DNA of 42,742 bases, from NCBI GenBank assembly GCA_934167685.1, contig CAKPLQ010000004.1, positions 1-42,742 of the forward strand. The letters are read 5' to 3'. Of the stretch, positions 7,664-15,777 are shown piece after piece. The notes below the pieces were generated by a model that searched no databases, had not been told where the DNA came from, and saw only the letters and a program-made list of their open reading frames with translations. The first letter of the stretch is position 1. Every line of letters begins with the position of its first letter. Both the position numbers and the translations under genes were made by a program. Origin of the DNA: an uncultured Clostridia bacterium. GTDB lineage: Bacteria; Bacillota; Clostridia; TANB77; CAG-508.

Positions 7664-9730
7664 ATGAAAAAGTATGAATTTATATTAAAAGATTTAGATT
7701 GTGCTGCATGTGCAAATGAAATACAGGAAAAGCTAGCAAAGAATCCTGAATTACACAATGTAAATGTTAATTTTGCAAAACTAAAATTAACATATGAAAC
7801 TGATACAGTTAGTGTTGAAGAAGTTAGAAAAGCCGTAAAAGAGCAAGAACCAGATGTTGAAATGATTTCAGCAGAAAAAATGAAAAAGATAGAAAACAAA
7901 AAAGAGTCTAAAACAGGTACTCAAGTTGCAAGATTAGTAATAGGAATTATAATTGCAGGAATTGGTTTATATGCAAAATTACCTGATACAGTTAGTACAA
8001 TATTTATAATTTTAGGTTATATAATTTTATTATATAGAACTGCCAAAAATGCATTTAAAATGTTATTTGCAAGTAAAAAAATAAACGAAAACTTTTTAAT
8101 CACAGTTTCATGTGTTGGTGCTTACTTAGTTGGAGAACACATGGAAGGATTAATGGTAATTATTTTATATGAAATAGGAAAAATACTTGAAGAAAAATCA
8201 ATTAGTAAAAGTAGAAAGTCTATTAAAGATTTAATGGACATTAAACCAGAATATGCAAATTTAAAAACAGAAAATGATATCAAAAAAGTTTCACCAGAAG
8301 AAGTAAAAATAGGTGATACAATATTGGTTAAAGAAGGCGAAAAAGTTCCATTAGACGGAATTGTAACAAAAGGAACAGCGGATTTAAACACAGCTTCTTT
8401 AACTGGTGAAAGTAAATTGACACAAGTTTCTGAGAATAAAAATGTATTATCAGGAAGTATTGTTGTAGATGGAATGATAGAAGTAAAAGTTACAGAAGAA
8501 TACAAAAATTCTACAGTAAGCAGAATTTTAGATTTAGTAGAAAATGCAACAGATAAAAAAGCTAAAACAGAAACATTTGTAAATAAAGCATCATCAATTT
8601 ATACGCCAGTAGTTATAGGTTTAGCAGCGATTGTAGCAATATTTTTACCAATATTTACAGATATTCCATACACAGGAAACAATGGAAGTATTTATAGAGC
8701 ATTGATATTTTTAGTAATTTCATGTCCATGTTCAATTGCGATATCAGTACCACTTAGCTATTTTTCAGGAATAGGAAAATCTTCAAAAGAAGGAATTCTT
8801 ATTAAGGGAAGTGATTACATAGATGCAATAAAAGACATAAAAGAAATTGTATTTGACAAAACAGGAACACTTACAAAAGGTGAATTTGAGATAACCAAAA
8901 TAGATACATTCGAAAATTATACTGAACAAGAAGTACTAAAATATGCAGCAATGGGAGAGAAATATTCAAACCATCCAATTGCAAAATCGATTATGAAGGC
9001 CAATAAAGAGGAAGTAGCAGAAGTTCAAAAGTTCAAAGAAATTGCAGGAAAAGGGCTAAGTTATCAATATAATGGAGAAACAGTATTAGTAGGAAACTCA
9101 GTTTTAGTTGGTGCAAATAATGTAAACAAAGAAGGAGCAACAAAAATATATGTAAAAATAAATGATAAATTAGCAGGAATAATCTACTTAGGTGATACAG
9201 TAAAAAATGGAGTGGTTGAAACAATAAAAGAACTAAAAGCATTAGGAATTAAGACAAATATGTTTACAGGAGATAACAAGCAAATAGCAGAAAAAACAGG
9301 CAAAGAAATTGGAATACAAAATATAAAATCTGAAATGTTACCACAAGATAAATATAATGCATTTGAAGAAATTATTAATAAAAAAGATAAAAAAATAAAA
9401 GTGGCATTTGTTGGAGATGGAATAAATGATTCACCAGTTTTAGCAAGAGCAGATGTAGGTATCTCAATGGGCGGAGTTGGTTCTGAATCAGCAATAGAAG
9501 CATCTGATGTGGTTATAATGACAGATAATATTTCAAAGATTTTAGATGCTATAAAAATTTCTAAAAAGACTTGTGGAATTATAAGACAAAACTTAGTTTT
9601 TGCAATTACAGTTAAAGTTTTAATATTATTCCTTAGTACAATTGGTCTTAGTGGTATGTGGCAAGCAGTTTTTGCAGATGTAGGTGTTACAATTTTAACT
9701 ATATTTAATACATTAAGAATTTTAAAATAA
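7664..9730 (+). CDS. Heavy-metal-translocating P1B-type ATPase (Cd/Zn/Co-type, cadA-like)
   Basis: N-terminal CxxC metal-binding domain (DCAACANE), membrane CPC motif (SCPCS), DKTGTLT phosphorylation site, GDGINDSP hinge. I prefer the ATG at 7664 after AAGGAGGAAG. Confidence 0.9.
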   Translation: MKKYEFILKDLDCAACANEIQEKLAKNPELHNVNVNFAKLKLTYETDTVSVEEVRKAVKEQEPDVEMISAEKMKKIENKKESKTGTQVARLVIGIIIAGIGLYAKLPDTVSTIFIILGYIILLYRTAKNAFKMLFASKKINENFLITVSCVGAYLVGEHMEGLMVIILYEIGKILEEKSISKSRKSIKDLMDIKPEYANLKTENDIKKVSPEEVKIGDTILVKEGEKVPLDGIVTKGTADLNTASLTGESKLTQVSENKNVLSGSIVVDGMIEVKVTEEYKNSTVSRILDLVENATDKKAKTETFVNKASSIYTPVVIGLAAIVAIFLPIFTDIPYTGNNGSIYRALIFLVISCPCSIAISVPLSYFSGIGKSSKEGILIKGSDYIDAIKDIKEIVFDKTGTLTKGEFEITKIDTFENYTEQEVLKYAAMGEKYSNHPIAKSIMKANKEEVAEVQKFKEIAGKGLSYQYNGETVLVGNSVLVGANNVNKEGATKIYVKINDKLAGIIYLGDTVKNGVVETIKELKALGIKTNMFTGDNKQIAEKTGKEIGIQNIKSEMLPQDKYNAFEEIINKKDKKIKVAFVGDGINDSPVLARADVGISMGGVGSESAIEASDVVIMTDNISKILDAIKISKKTCGIIRQNLVFAITVKVLILFLSTIGLSGMWQAVFADVGVTILTIFNTLRILK

Positions 9731-9733
9731 TAG

Positions 9734-9760
9734 AAGGCAGCTTGAGTGGCTGTCTTTTAT
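9734..9760 (+). terminator. Rho-independent terminator after the metal ATPase
   Basis: aaggcagc-ttgagtg-gctgtctt stem-loop followed by TTTT. Confidence 0.65.
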
Positions 9761-9824
9761 TTACTACTAAAACTTGAAAAAAGATTTTAAATCTGTTAAA
9801 ATGTAACACAAAGGAAGTGTAAAA

Positions 9825-10340
9825 ATGGAAGAACAAATAGAAGCAATACTAAAATTTCATATGCCAAGGTGGAATGAATTACCAGATATAGACTTATATT
9901 TAGACCAAGTAGTAAATTATATAGAAAGATATTTAGGGGCATATTCTATAAATAAAGAAGACAAAGTAATAACCAAAACAATGATAAATAACTATGTAAA
10001 ACAAGGAGTAATGCCAGCGCCAGAAAAGAAAAAATATAATAGAGCACAAATAGCATATTTATTAGTAATATGCATATTAAAGCAAGTATATAGTATAAGT
10101 GATATAAAAAAATTAATAGCATTAACAATTCAAAATTACGAAGTAGGAAAAGCATATAATAGATTTTGTGCAAATTTAGAAGTATCCATACGACATGTAT
10201 TTACCAAAAAAGAATTCCCTAAATGTGACCAAATGACAGAAGAACAATATTTATTAAAAAATGTAGTGCAATCATTTGCAAACAAATTATATGTAGAAGT
10301 CAAATTTTTAAATAAAGAAAAAATCTCAGCAGATGAATAA
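9825..10340 (+). CDS. DUF1836-family protein
   Basis: MPRWNELPDIDLYLDQV...ITKTMINNYVKQGVMPAP matches the pattern I recall for DUF1836. Confidence 0.65.
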   Translation: MEEQIEAILKFHMPRWNELPDIDLYLDQVVNYIERYLGAYSINKEDKVITKTMINNYVKQGVMPAPEKKKYNRAQIAYLLVICILKQVYSISDIKKLIALTIQNYEVGKAYNRFCANLEVSIRHVFTKKEFPKCDQMTEEQYLLKNVVQSFANKLYVEVKFLNKEKISADE

Positions 10341-10417
10341 GTCTCCTGAGATTTTTTCTAATGCTATTAAAAATAACATATAAAAAAATTCCACATATAA
10401 TAATAAAGGAAGGAACG

Positions 10418-10552
10418 ATGTTTATGAAAGACAATATAATAATTGAAGAAATTCAATTTACAGAAGATTTATATAAGAAAAACTTAGAAGAAAACGAATT
10501 TGCAGAAGATGATGCACATGGGATAGGGGAGGATGAAGATGGAAATAATTAA
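10418..10552 (+). CDS. Small acidic protein (44 aa), hypothetical
   Basis: AAGGAAGG RBS before the ATG at 10418. The 3' end overlaps the amidase start by 20 nt. Confidence 0.35.
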   Translation: MFMKDNIIIEEIQFTEDLYKKNLEENEFAEDDAHGIGEDEDGNN

Positions 10553-11264
10553 AATGTTAGTGCCAGAAAGTAAATATGCAATAAAATGTCCGCATCAAAT
10601 GACGCCAGAATTTATAATAATTCACAATACTGCAAATGATGCATCTGCTATGGCAGAGATATCTTATATGATAGGAAACAACAATAAAGTATCATTTCAT
10701 TGTGCAATAGATAATTATAGAATTGTGCAAGGTGTACCTTTTAATAGAAATACTTGGAATGCAACTGATGGAGGAAATGGGAGTGGAAACAGAAAGGGAA
10801 TTGCACTTGAAATATGTTATTCAAAATCAGGAGGAGAAAGGTTCGAGGAAGCACAAAGGCTTGCCGCCGAATACACTGCGTATTTATTGAAACAAAATAA
10901 TTGGGGAATAGATAAAGTAAAAAAACATGAAGATTTTTACCCACCAAAGGGATGTCCTCATAGAACATTAAGTGAAGGTTGGCAAAAATTTTTGGATTTA
11001 GTTCAATCTTATATGGTTGATAGACCAATAGATAATAATATAGAAAGTGGGAGTGATGAACCAGTGAAAACGTATCAAAACGGTAGTACGAGCGAAAATG
11101 TTTATGCTGATACTGATTGCACGAAGAAAATCGGAAGTTTAAATCCACGAGAAAAGTGTGATTGTTTTGGGATTTTTAAAGATAGAGCAATGGTTAGATA
11201 TTTAGTTAATGGAACTTCAAATTATAAAATTGGCTTTTGCAAATGGACTGGTGGAGTAAAATAG
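10533..11264 (+). CDS. N-acetylmuramoyl-L-alanine amidase (Amidase_2/PGRP type) with a C-terminal SH3-like domain
   Basis: IIHNTANDASA...HCAIDN...ALEIC...KKHEDF...CPH pattern typical of phage-type amidases; GGGGAGGA RBS. Confidence 0.8.
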   Translation: MKMEIIKMLVPESKYAIKCPHQMTPEFIIIHNTANDASAMAEISYMIGNNNKVSFHCAIDNYRIVQGVPFNRNTWNATDGGNGSGNRKGIALEICYSKSGGERFEEAQRLAAEYTAYLLKQNNWGIDKVKKHEDFYPPKGCPHRTLSEGWQKFLDLVQSYMVDRPIDNNIESGSDEPVKTYQNGSTSENVYADTDCTKKIGSLNPREKCDCFGIFKDRAMVRYLVNGTSNYKIGFCKWTGGVK

Positions 11265-11267
11265 AAA

Positions 11268-11296
11268 AAAGCTAGCGGGAATTTCCCACTAGCTTT
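11268..11296. terminator. Bidirectional hairpin between convergent genes
   Basis: aaagctagcggga-att-tcccactagcttt, a 13-bp stem with one mismatch. The A-run on the left gives a T-tail for the minus-strand gene. Confidence 0.6.
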
Positions 11297-11317
11297 CGAC
11301 ATTATATGTTTGTTGAA

Positions 11318-12043
11318 TTACGCATGCACTTTTTTGTGGCATGCCCAGGCAATTGGAGCCTGATTGAAAAGAGTTTCAGCGTTTACTTTTCGTACCTCAT
11401 TAGAGGTTGTAGTTGTAATAATAGCCTCATCCTCTCTGATGGCCCAAATGATTACAGCTTCATTTGAGCTTAATGAAGGGTCATCATGCAACCAGGAAGT
11501 AGGAACTAACGCGATTACTGGATGGCATCTGCAAACAGAATCGACAGCTTCGAATTTAGAACACTGAATTTTTGTTATTATTTCATATTTCATTTCCAGA
11601 ACTTTATCCATAGCAATCCAGAGTGTACCAGAACTTTTTGTACGGTAATTATTGTTTACTAAAGTTTTTCCGATATCTATCAAAAGTTCCTCTCTGTTTT
11701 TGAATTCTGTTTTTCCATTGTTGAGTGCTTCATATACCGTTGCCATAGCACACGGTATTGAGCCACCGATAGCCATTGTTTTGTATGGCTCTGATGGTTC
11801 TTCAAAGGTTGAGCCCTTACTAAAACAACCGCGATAATCAAAAACGATATTTGAATATTGTTTTTGATTGTATGGTACAGGAATGCGCTCTTCCTTTATC
11901 CCTACAGATAAGTGAGGATAAAGCTCTGTTTGTAAAGATTCCTTCCAGGTAGACTTAAGAAATGCAACTTTCTTTATATATTTCTCGTAAGTTGCTGAGT
12001 CTACATGTGCGTTGATACCTGTGTTCCGTAACATTTCTAACAT
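11318..12043 (-). CDS. Hypothetical protein, GC-richer than its neighbours; possible papain-fold Cys/His peptidase
   Basis: AAGGAGG RBS and its own consensus promoter. GGSIPCAMATVYEAL and a later CHPVIALV resemble C39-like peptidase Cys and His blocks; the resemblance is weak. Confidence 0.6.
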   Translation of the reverse strand: MLEMLRNTGINAHVDSATYEKYIKKVAFLKSTWKESLQTELYPHLSVGIKEERIPVPYNQKQYSNIVFDYRGCFSKGSTFEEPSEPYKTMAIGGSIPCAMATVYEALNNGKTEFKNREELLIDIGKTLVNNNYRTKSSGTLWIAMDKVLEMKYEIITKIQCSKFEAVDSVCRCHPVIALVPTSWLHDDPSLSSNEAVIIWAIREDEAIITTTTSNEVRKVNAETLFNQAPIAWACHKKVHA

Positions 12044-12112
12044 ATTATATGTCCTCCTTGTTGTTGGTAAGAGAGATTTTCTCTCTTATTAAATTATAAA
12101 GTTTACATATTA

Positions 12113-12141
12113 ATTATACAGTAAATGGTTATAAATGTCAA
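12113..12141 (-). promoter_or_regulatory. Consensus sigma-A-type promoter for the 241-aa gene
   Basis: On the minus strand: TTGACA (12141-12136), exactly 17 nt, then TATAAT (12118-12113). A 7-bp leader hairpin aagagag-aaaat-ctctctt follows. Confidence 0.75.
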
Positions 12142-12144
12142 TAG

Positions 12145-12465
12145 TTATCTAGGTTCTTGGCCATTAGACTCAACTTTTTTAGAAGTAAATAAATCTTCTT
12201 TTATTTTTTCTTTGCCTAGAGGGTCTTTAGTTAAATCTCCTAATTTTTTAGCTCTACTATGAGTAATTGAGCAAGTATAACCTGTACCAGGTTGATTTAA
12301 AGAAACGCTACTGTTAGTATGAGCATATGATTCTGCAATTGAAACAGTCAAATAATTAGGACCTTTACCAGAAATATAAACAGCCTTTCCTTGAGGAACT
12401 TCTGGAACTACTACTTTAGGTAAATTATTTTCGTCATAAGTTGTAATGCCCTCTGGTAAATCCAT
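12145..12465 (-). CDS. Stand-alone Csx3/Crn3-like domain protein (106 aa)
   Basis: Aligns over ~75 aa with residues ~321-392 of the 496-aa ORF. Motif VYISGKGPNYL...SYAHT...QPGTGYTC...THS. No clear RBS. Confidence 0.5.
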   Translation of the reverse strand: MDLPEGITTYDENNLPKVVVPEVPQGKAVYISGKGPNYLTVSIAESYAHTNSSVSLNQPGTGYTCSITHSRAKKLGDLTKDPLGKEKIKEDLFTSKKVESNGQEPR

Positions 12466-12508
12466 TTCATATTCAACTAAAACAGATATAAATATATTTT
12501 TAAAAATT

Positions 12509-13006
12509 TTAAGCTTTAGTATTATTATAAATATTTTTATTTATAACATAATCAGTAAAAGTAGATAAAGTATTTTTAATATTATCAGAATAAGATAGAA
12601 AATTATAACTCAATGATTCACATATATAACCTAAATTAATAAAATCGTCATTAGAATTTAAATCGGTTATAATTATTTCATCAAAATTATCAAACATTCT
12701 AATATCAATAAGTTCTTCAACATTAAAATTTAAAAGTTCCTTATTTTCTATATAATCTTTAAATATATTGCTATCGGTTTTAACTAATAAATCAGCTACA
12801 TTACCATCAAAATCAAGAACGGTATATTTATAATAATTAATATTTAATTCTTTTTGTAGAAAAATAATTAATTTATCAATAATCAAATTTTTATTTTGAT
12901 ATAGAATATTTTTAATTTTATTCAAAGCTTTTTTATCTTGTTCTAATTTTAATTCTACTGTAGAAGCCATATCTAATAAATTTTTATATGATTGTATCAT
13001 TTTCAA
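12509..13006 (-). CDS. Hypothetical protein (165 aa), extremely AT-rich
   Basis: ORF in the operon between the NTPase fusion and the Csx3-like ORF. Weak AAAGGA RBS; no recognisable motif. Confidence 0.5.
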   Translation of the reverse strand: MKMIQSYKNLLDMASTVELKLEQDKKALNKIKNILYQNKNLIIDKLIIFLQKELNINYYKYTVLDFDGNVADLLVKTDSNIFKDYIENKELLNFNVEELIDIRMFDNFDEIIITDLNSNDDFINLGYICESLSYNFLSYSDNIKNTLSTFTDYVINKNIYNNTKA

Positions 13007-13098
13007 ATCCTTTCTGTATATAATTGTTTTATCTGAATAAATTATATAATAAATCTTTTTAAAAGTAAAATTAATATTTAAAATACGGAATATTAATT

Positions 13099-14589
13099 TT
13101 ACTTATATATAGGCTCGGAAATATTCTTGGTTGGAGTCGTGTGAAAAGATTTATCAGTTTCAAATTCAGAGACTTTTAAGTCATCTTGCAAACTATGTTT
13201 ATTAGTAGGAACAGATATACTAATAGGTTCTTCAACAACATGAGATTTTATTGCTGAATTAATATATTTTTTGTTTCCTCTATATTGAGTAAACCATTTT
13301 TTTAGTTTAGCAAAAATAGTAGGAGGTTCAAAAACATCTATTGATTTTGCAGTATGGGCCTTTTTTCCATCCTCAAAATATTGAGTTATATTTAATCCAT
13401 CAGGACCATCAACAATTTTTCCTAGTTCTTTTTCGGCTTGGGATTCAATACAAGTAAATCCTTTTCCAGGTTGGAAAGTGAAAATTTTATTTGAATCATA
13501 GCTATTAGTTATAGAGGCTAAAAGCCAATGAGGTACTCTACCAGAAATAAAAAGATTCTTATTTTTATTTATCTTTGGTAAAACACAATCATCAAATTCA
13601 TCTGCCTCATATATTCCATCTGGAATTGAGATATCCAAAAAGGCATTAGTTTTGTTTTCTAACAAGTTAAAAGTTAAGCTTGTTACTTGACGTACACCAC
13701 GTTTTTGAGGTAAATTTCTTAAAGGAATATAAGTATTTGTCCATATATCATAAATACTTATATCTTCACAGCCACATTTTTTGGCAGTTTTGGCTATAGA
13801 ACACACTGCAAAATTAGCTTTAAATCCATATAATTTTAAAGATTTGCCTGGTTGTAGTTTATCTGAAACAGCTTTTTGAATTTTAGATATTGCAGATGTT
13901 GGCCAAATAACTCTTTGGATTGTTTTGGGTTGATTGTTTTCAGGATTAGTATATTCATGAGATTGACAATATCCTAATTTAGTTCCTAAATCTAAGTTAT
14001 CTATTAAAATTTCTTGTGAGTTTGACTCCACAAATTTTGGTTTTTCATCATAATTAATTTTTGAAAGAAGGTCAAATACAAAAGAGTTTAAGATTGGTGA
14101 ATTTTTTATAGTATTTCCTCTTTCTAAATTTGTTATTTTTCCTTGAAGATAAGGTTTTTTAGAATAAATTCTATCTTTTCCTTCAAGTGATGAATCTAGA
14201 CAAGCTAAACAAGTTAAACCAAGGCTTTCACCAAATTGTAGCCATTTATTTTTTTCTTCTTCATTATTACTTAAAATAACAAAACTATCACAATGCTTGA
14301 AAATTGTAGCATTTTCAGGTGTAAGCTTTCCTCCAACATCTACCATAACAATTGGATGATTTTTTTGGTTATCTATTATTTCACATACATTTTCTACAAA
14401 TTCAGTTGTAAATTCACCTTTACGCCTAACCAAAAGAGTCTCATTTTGATTAGGATTATTACTCCAAGAGCCTTCGCCATCTGGGCAAGCTCTAATTGTT
14501 GAATATGAATCTGCTGGAAGAGCATTAGATATATTTGTAAAAAATACACTTTTACCAGAATGTGGAGGTCCGCAAAATATTATTTTCAT
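13099..14589 (-). CDS. P-loop NTPase fused to a Csx3/Crn3-like domain (496 aa)
   Basis: Walker A GPPHSGKS and Walker-B-like PIVMVDVGG. C-terminal LFISGRVPHWLLASITNSY...QPGKGFTC block (nt 13405-13683). Its GGAGG RBS (14599-14603) overlaps the LysR stop codon. Confidence 0.7.
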   Translation of the reverse strand: MKIIFCGPPHSGKSVFFTNISNALPADSYSTIRACPDGEGSWSNNPNQNETLLVRRKGEFTTEFVENVCEIIDNQKNHPIVMVDVGGKLTPENATIFKHCDSFVILSNNEEEKNKWLQFGESLGLTCLACLDSSLEGKDRIYSKKPYLQGKITNLERGNTIKNSPILNSFVFDLLSKINYDEKPKFVESNSQEILIDNLDLGTKLGYCQSHEYTNPENNQPKTIQRVIWPTSAISKIQKAVSDKLQPGKSLKLYGFKANFAVCSIAKTAKKCGCEDISIYDIWTNTYIPLRNLPQKRGVRQVTSLTFNLLENKTNAFLDISIPDGIYEADEFDDCVLPKINKNKNLFISGRVPHWLLASITNSYDSNKIFTFQPGKGFTCIESQAEKELGKIVDGPDGLNITQYFEDGKKAHTAKSIDVFEPPTIFAKLKKWFTQYRGNKKYINSAIKSHVVEEPISISVPTNKHSLQDDLKVSEFETDKSFHTTPTKNISEPIYK

Positions 14590-14602
14590 TAGTTTAATCC
14601 TC

Positions 14603-15490
14603 CTATTGATAGTAATTTTTAATTTCTTTAATCAACTCTAAAGTTGCTTTATTAGCCATTTTAGGATTTAATACTGCAATTCCTTCCTCTGTTATATCAA
14701 ATTCTATTTCTTTTAAAATTTTAATATCATCCTTAATATTTTCAATATTTTCAGTATTAGTAAATCCAATGCCAATATCATTTAATACTAACTTTTTCAT
14801 TATAGAAGAACTAGAAACTTCATAATTAGCAGTCAAATTTAAATTGTTTTCTTCACAATAGTCATTTAATATTTTTCTCTTAGATGAAAGTGGAGATGGT
14901 AATATCAATTTATGATTTTCAATATCTTTGAAATTCTTGACAGGATGTTCTTTTATATATTTTTTGCTAGCAAAAAAACAATAACTAGATTCTTTTAATG
15001 GTATAATTTCAACATTAGAGTTCTTAGTGATTTTTTGTTGCAAATTTAAAGCAACTATGTCAATTTCACCATTAGAAAGTTTTTGCAATAACGAATCAGT
15101 TAGTCCACTTTTAATAGAAACATCTATGTCTGGATATTTTTTCATAAAAGATATAATTGGAGGAAGAATTAGAGTAGTAACTAAAGAATTACCACCAGCG
15201 ATTCTAATTTTTCCTTTTTCTAAATTAATATATTTTGAAAATATATTTTCTGCATTATTCATAGTTTCTATACTGTCTTTTATATATTCATATAAATGTT
15301 TGCCTTCTTCAGTTAATTCAACACCAGTTCTACTTCTATAAAACACTTTACCGCCAAGTAGACTTTCAAGCTTTTGAATAGACTGGGTAATTGCTGACTG
15401 CGAAATATATAGACTTTCAGCAGTTTTTGAAATATTTTTATATTTTACAACTTCACAAAATACTTTATATAATTCTAAATCTGTATTCAT
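14603..15490 (-). CDS. LysR-family transcriptional regulator
   Basis: N-terminal HTH NISKTAESLYISQSAITQSIQKLE and a typical ~295-aa LysR substrate-binding layout. Confidence 0.9.
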   Translation of the reverse strand: MNTDLELYKVFCEVVKYKNISKTAESLYISQSAITQSIQKLESLLGGKVFYRSRTGVELTEEGKHLYEYIKDSIETMNNAENIFSKYINLEKGKIRIAGGNSLVTTLILPPIISFMKKYPDIDVSIKSGLTDSLLQKLSNGEIDIVALNLQQKITKNSNVEIIPLKESSYCFFASKKYIKEHPVKNFKDIENHKLILPSPLSSKRKILNDYCEENNLNLTANYEVSSSSIMKKLVLNDIGIGFTNTENIENIKDDIKILKEIEFDITEEGIAVLNPKMANKATLELIKEIKNYYQ

Positions 15491-15629
15491 AACTTTTTCT
15501 CCTATATCTACAATATAAACTAAAATTATAAAATAATCAATAAAATTAATAAAAAAAGATAGTTTTAAACATAGCTTTTGAATAATCAGATTTTATGTGT
15601 AGGATTAATTGTTTGACACATAAGCGTGA

Positions 15630-15699
15630 CTTATAATAGCTATACAAATAATTAATTTTACTTATTTACATAAATGTGCTAAAATTTAATTGTAGCAAG
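15630..15699 (+). promoter_or_regulatory. Promoter region, paralogous copy 1 (extended -10 TGCTAAAAT)
   Basis: The 30-nt core caaataattaattttacttatttacataaa (15645-15674) matches 16524-16553 with one mismatch. TGCTAAAAT is at 15677-15685. Confidence 0.6.
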
Positions 15700-15777
15700 C
15701 CAAAAGGCTTAAGTAAAAAAACTAAAAAATAGAAAGTTACTATTTTTTAGAACCATAAGAAAAAGGAGACTATAATT

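Noticed and set aside
10418-11264. The amidase plus small ORF might be evidence of a prophage.
   Set aside because: No holin, terminase, capsid, tail, integrase or repressor genes are nearby. A lone Amidase_2 gene is common as a host autolysin or phage remnant.
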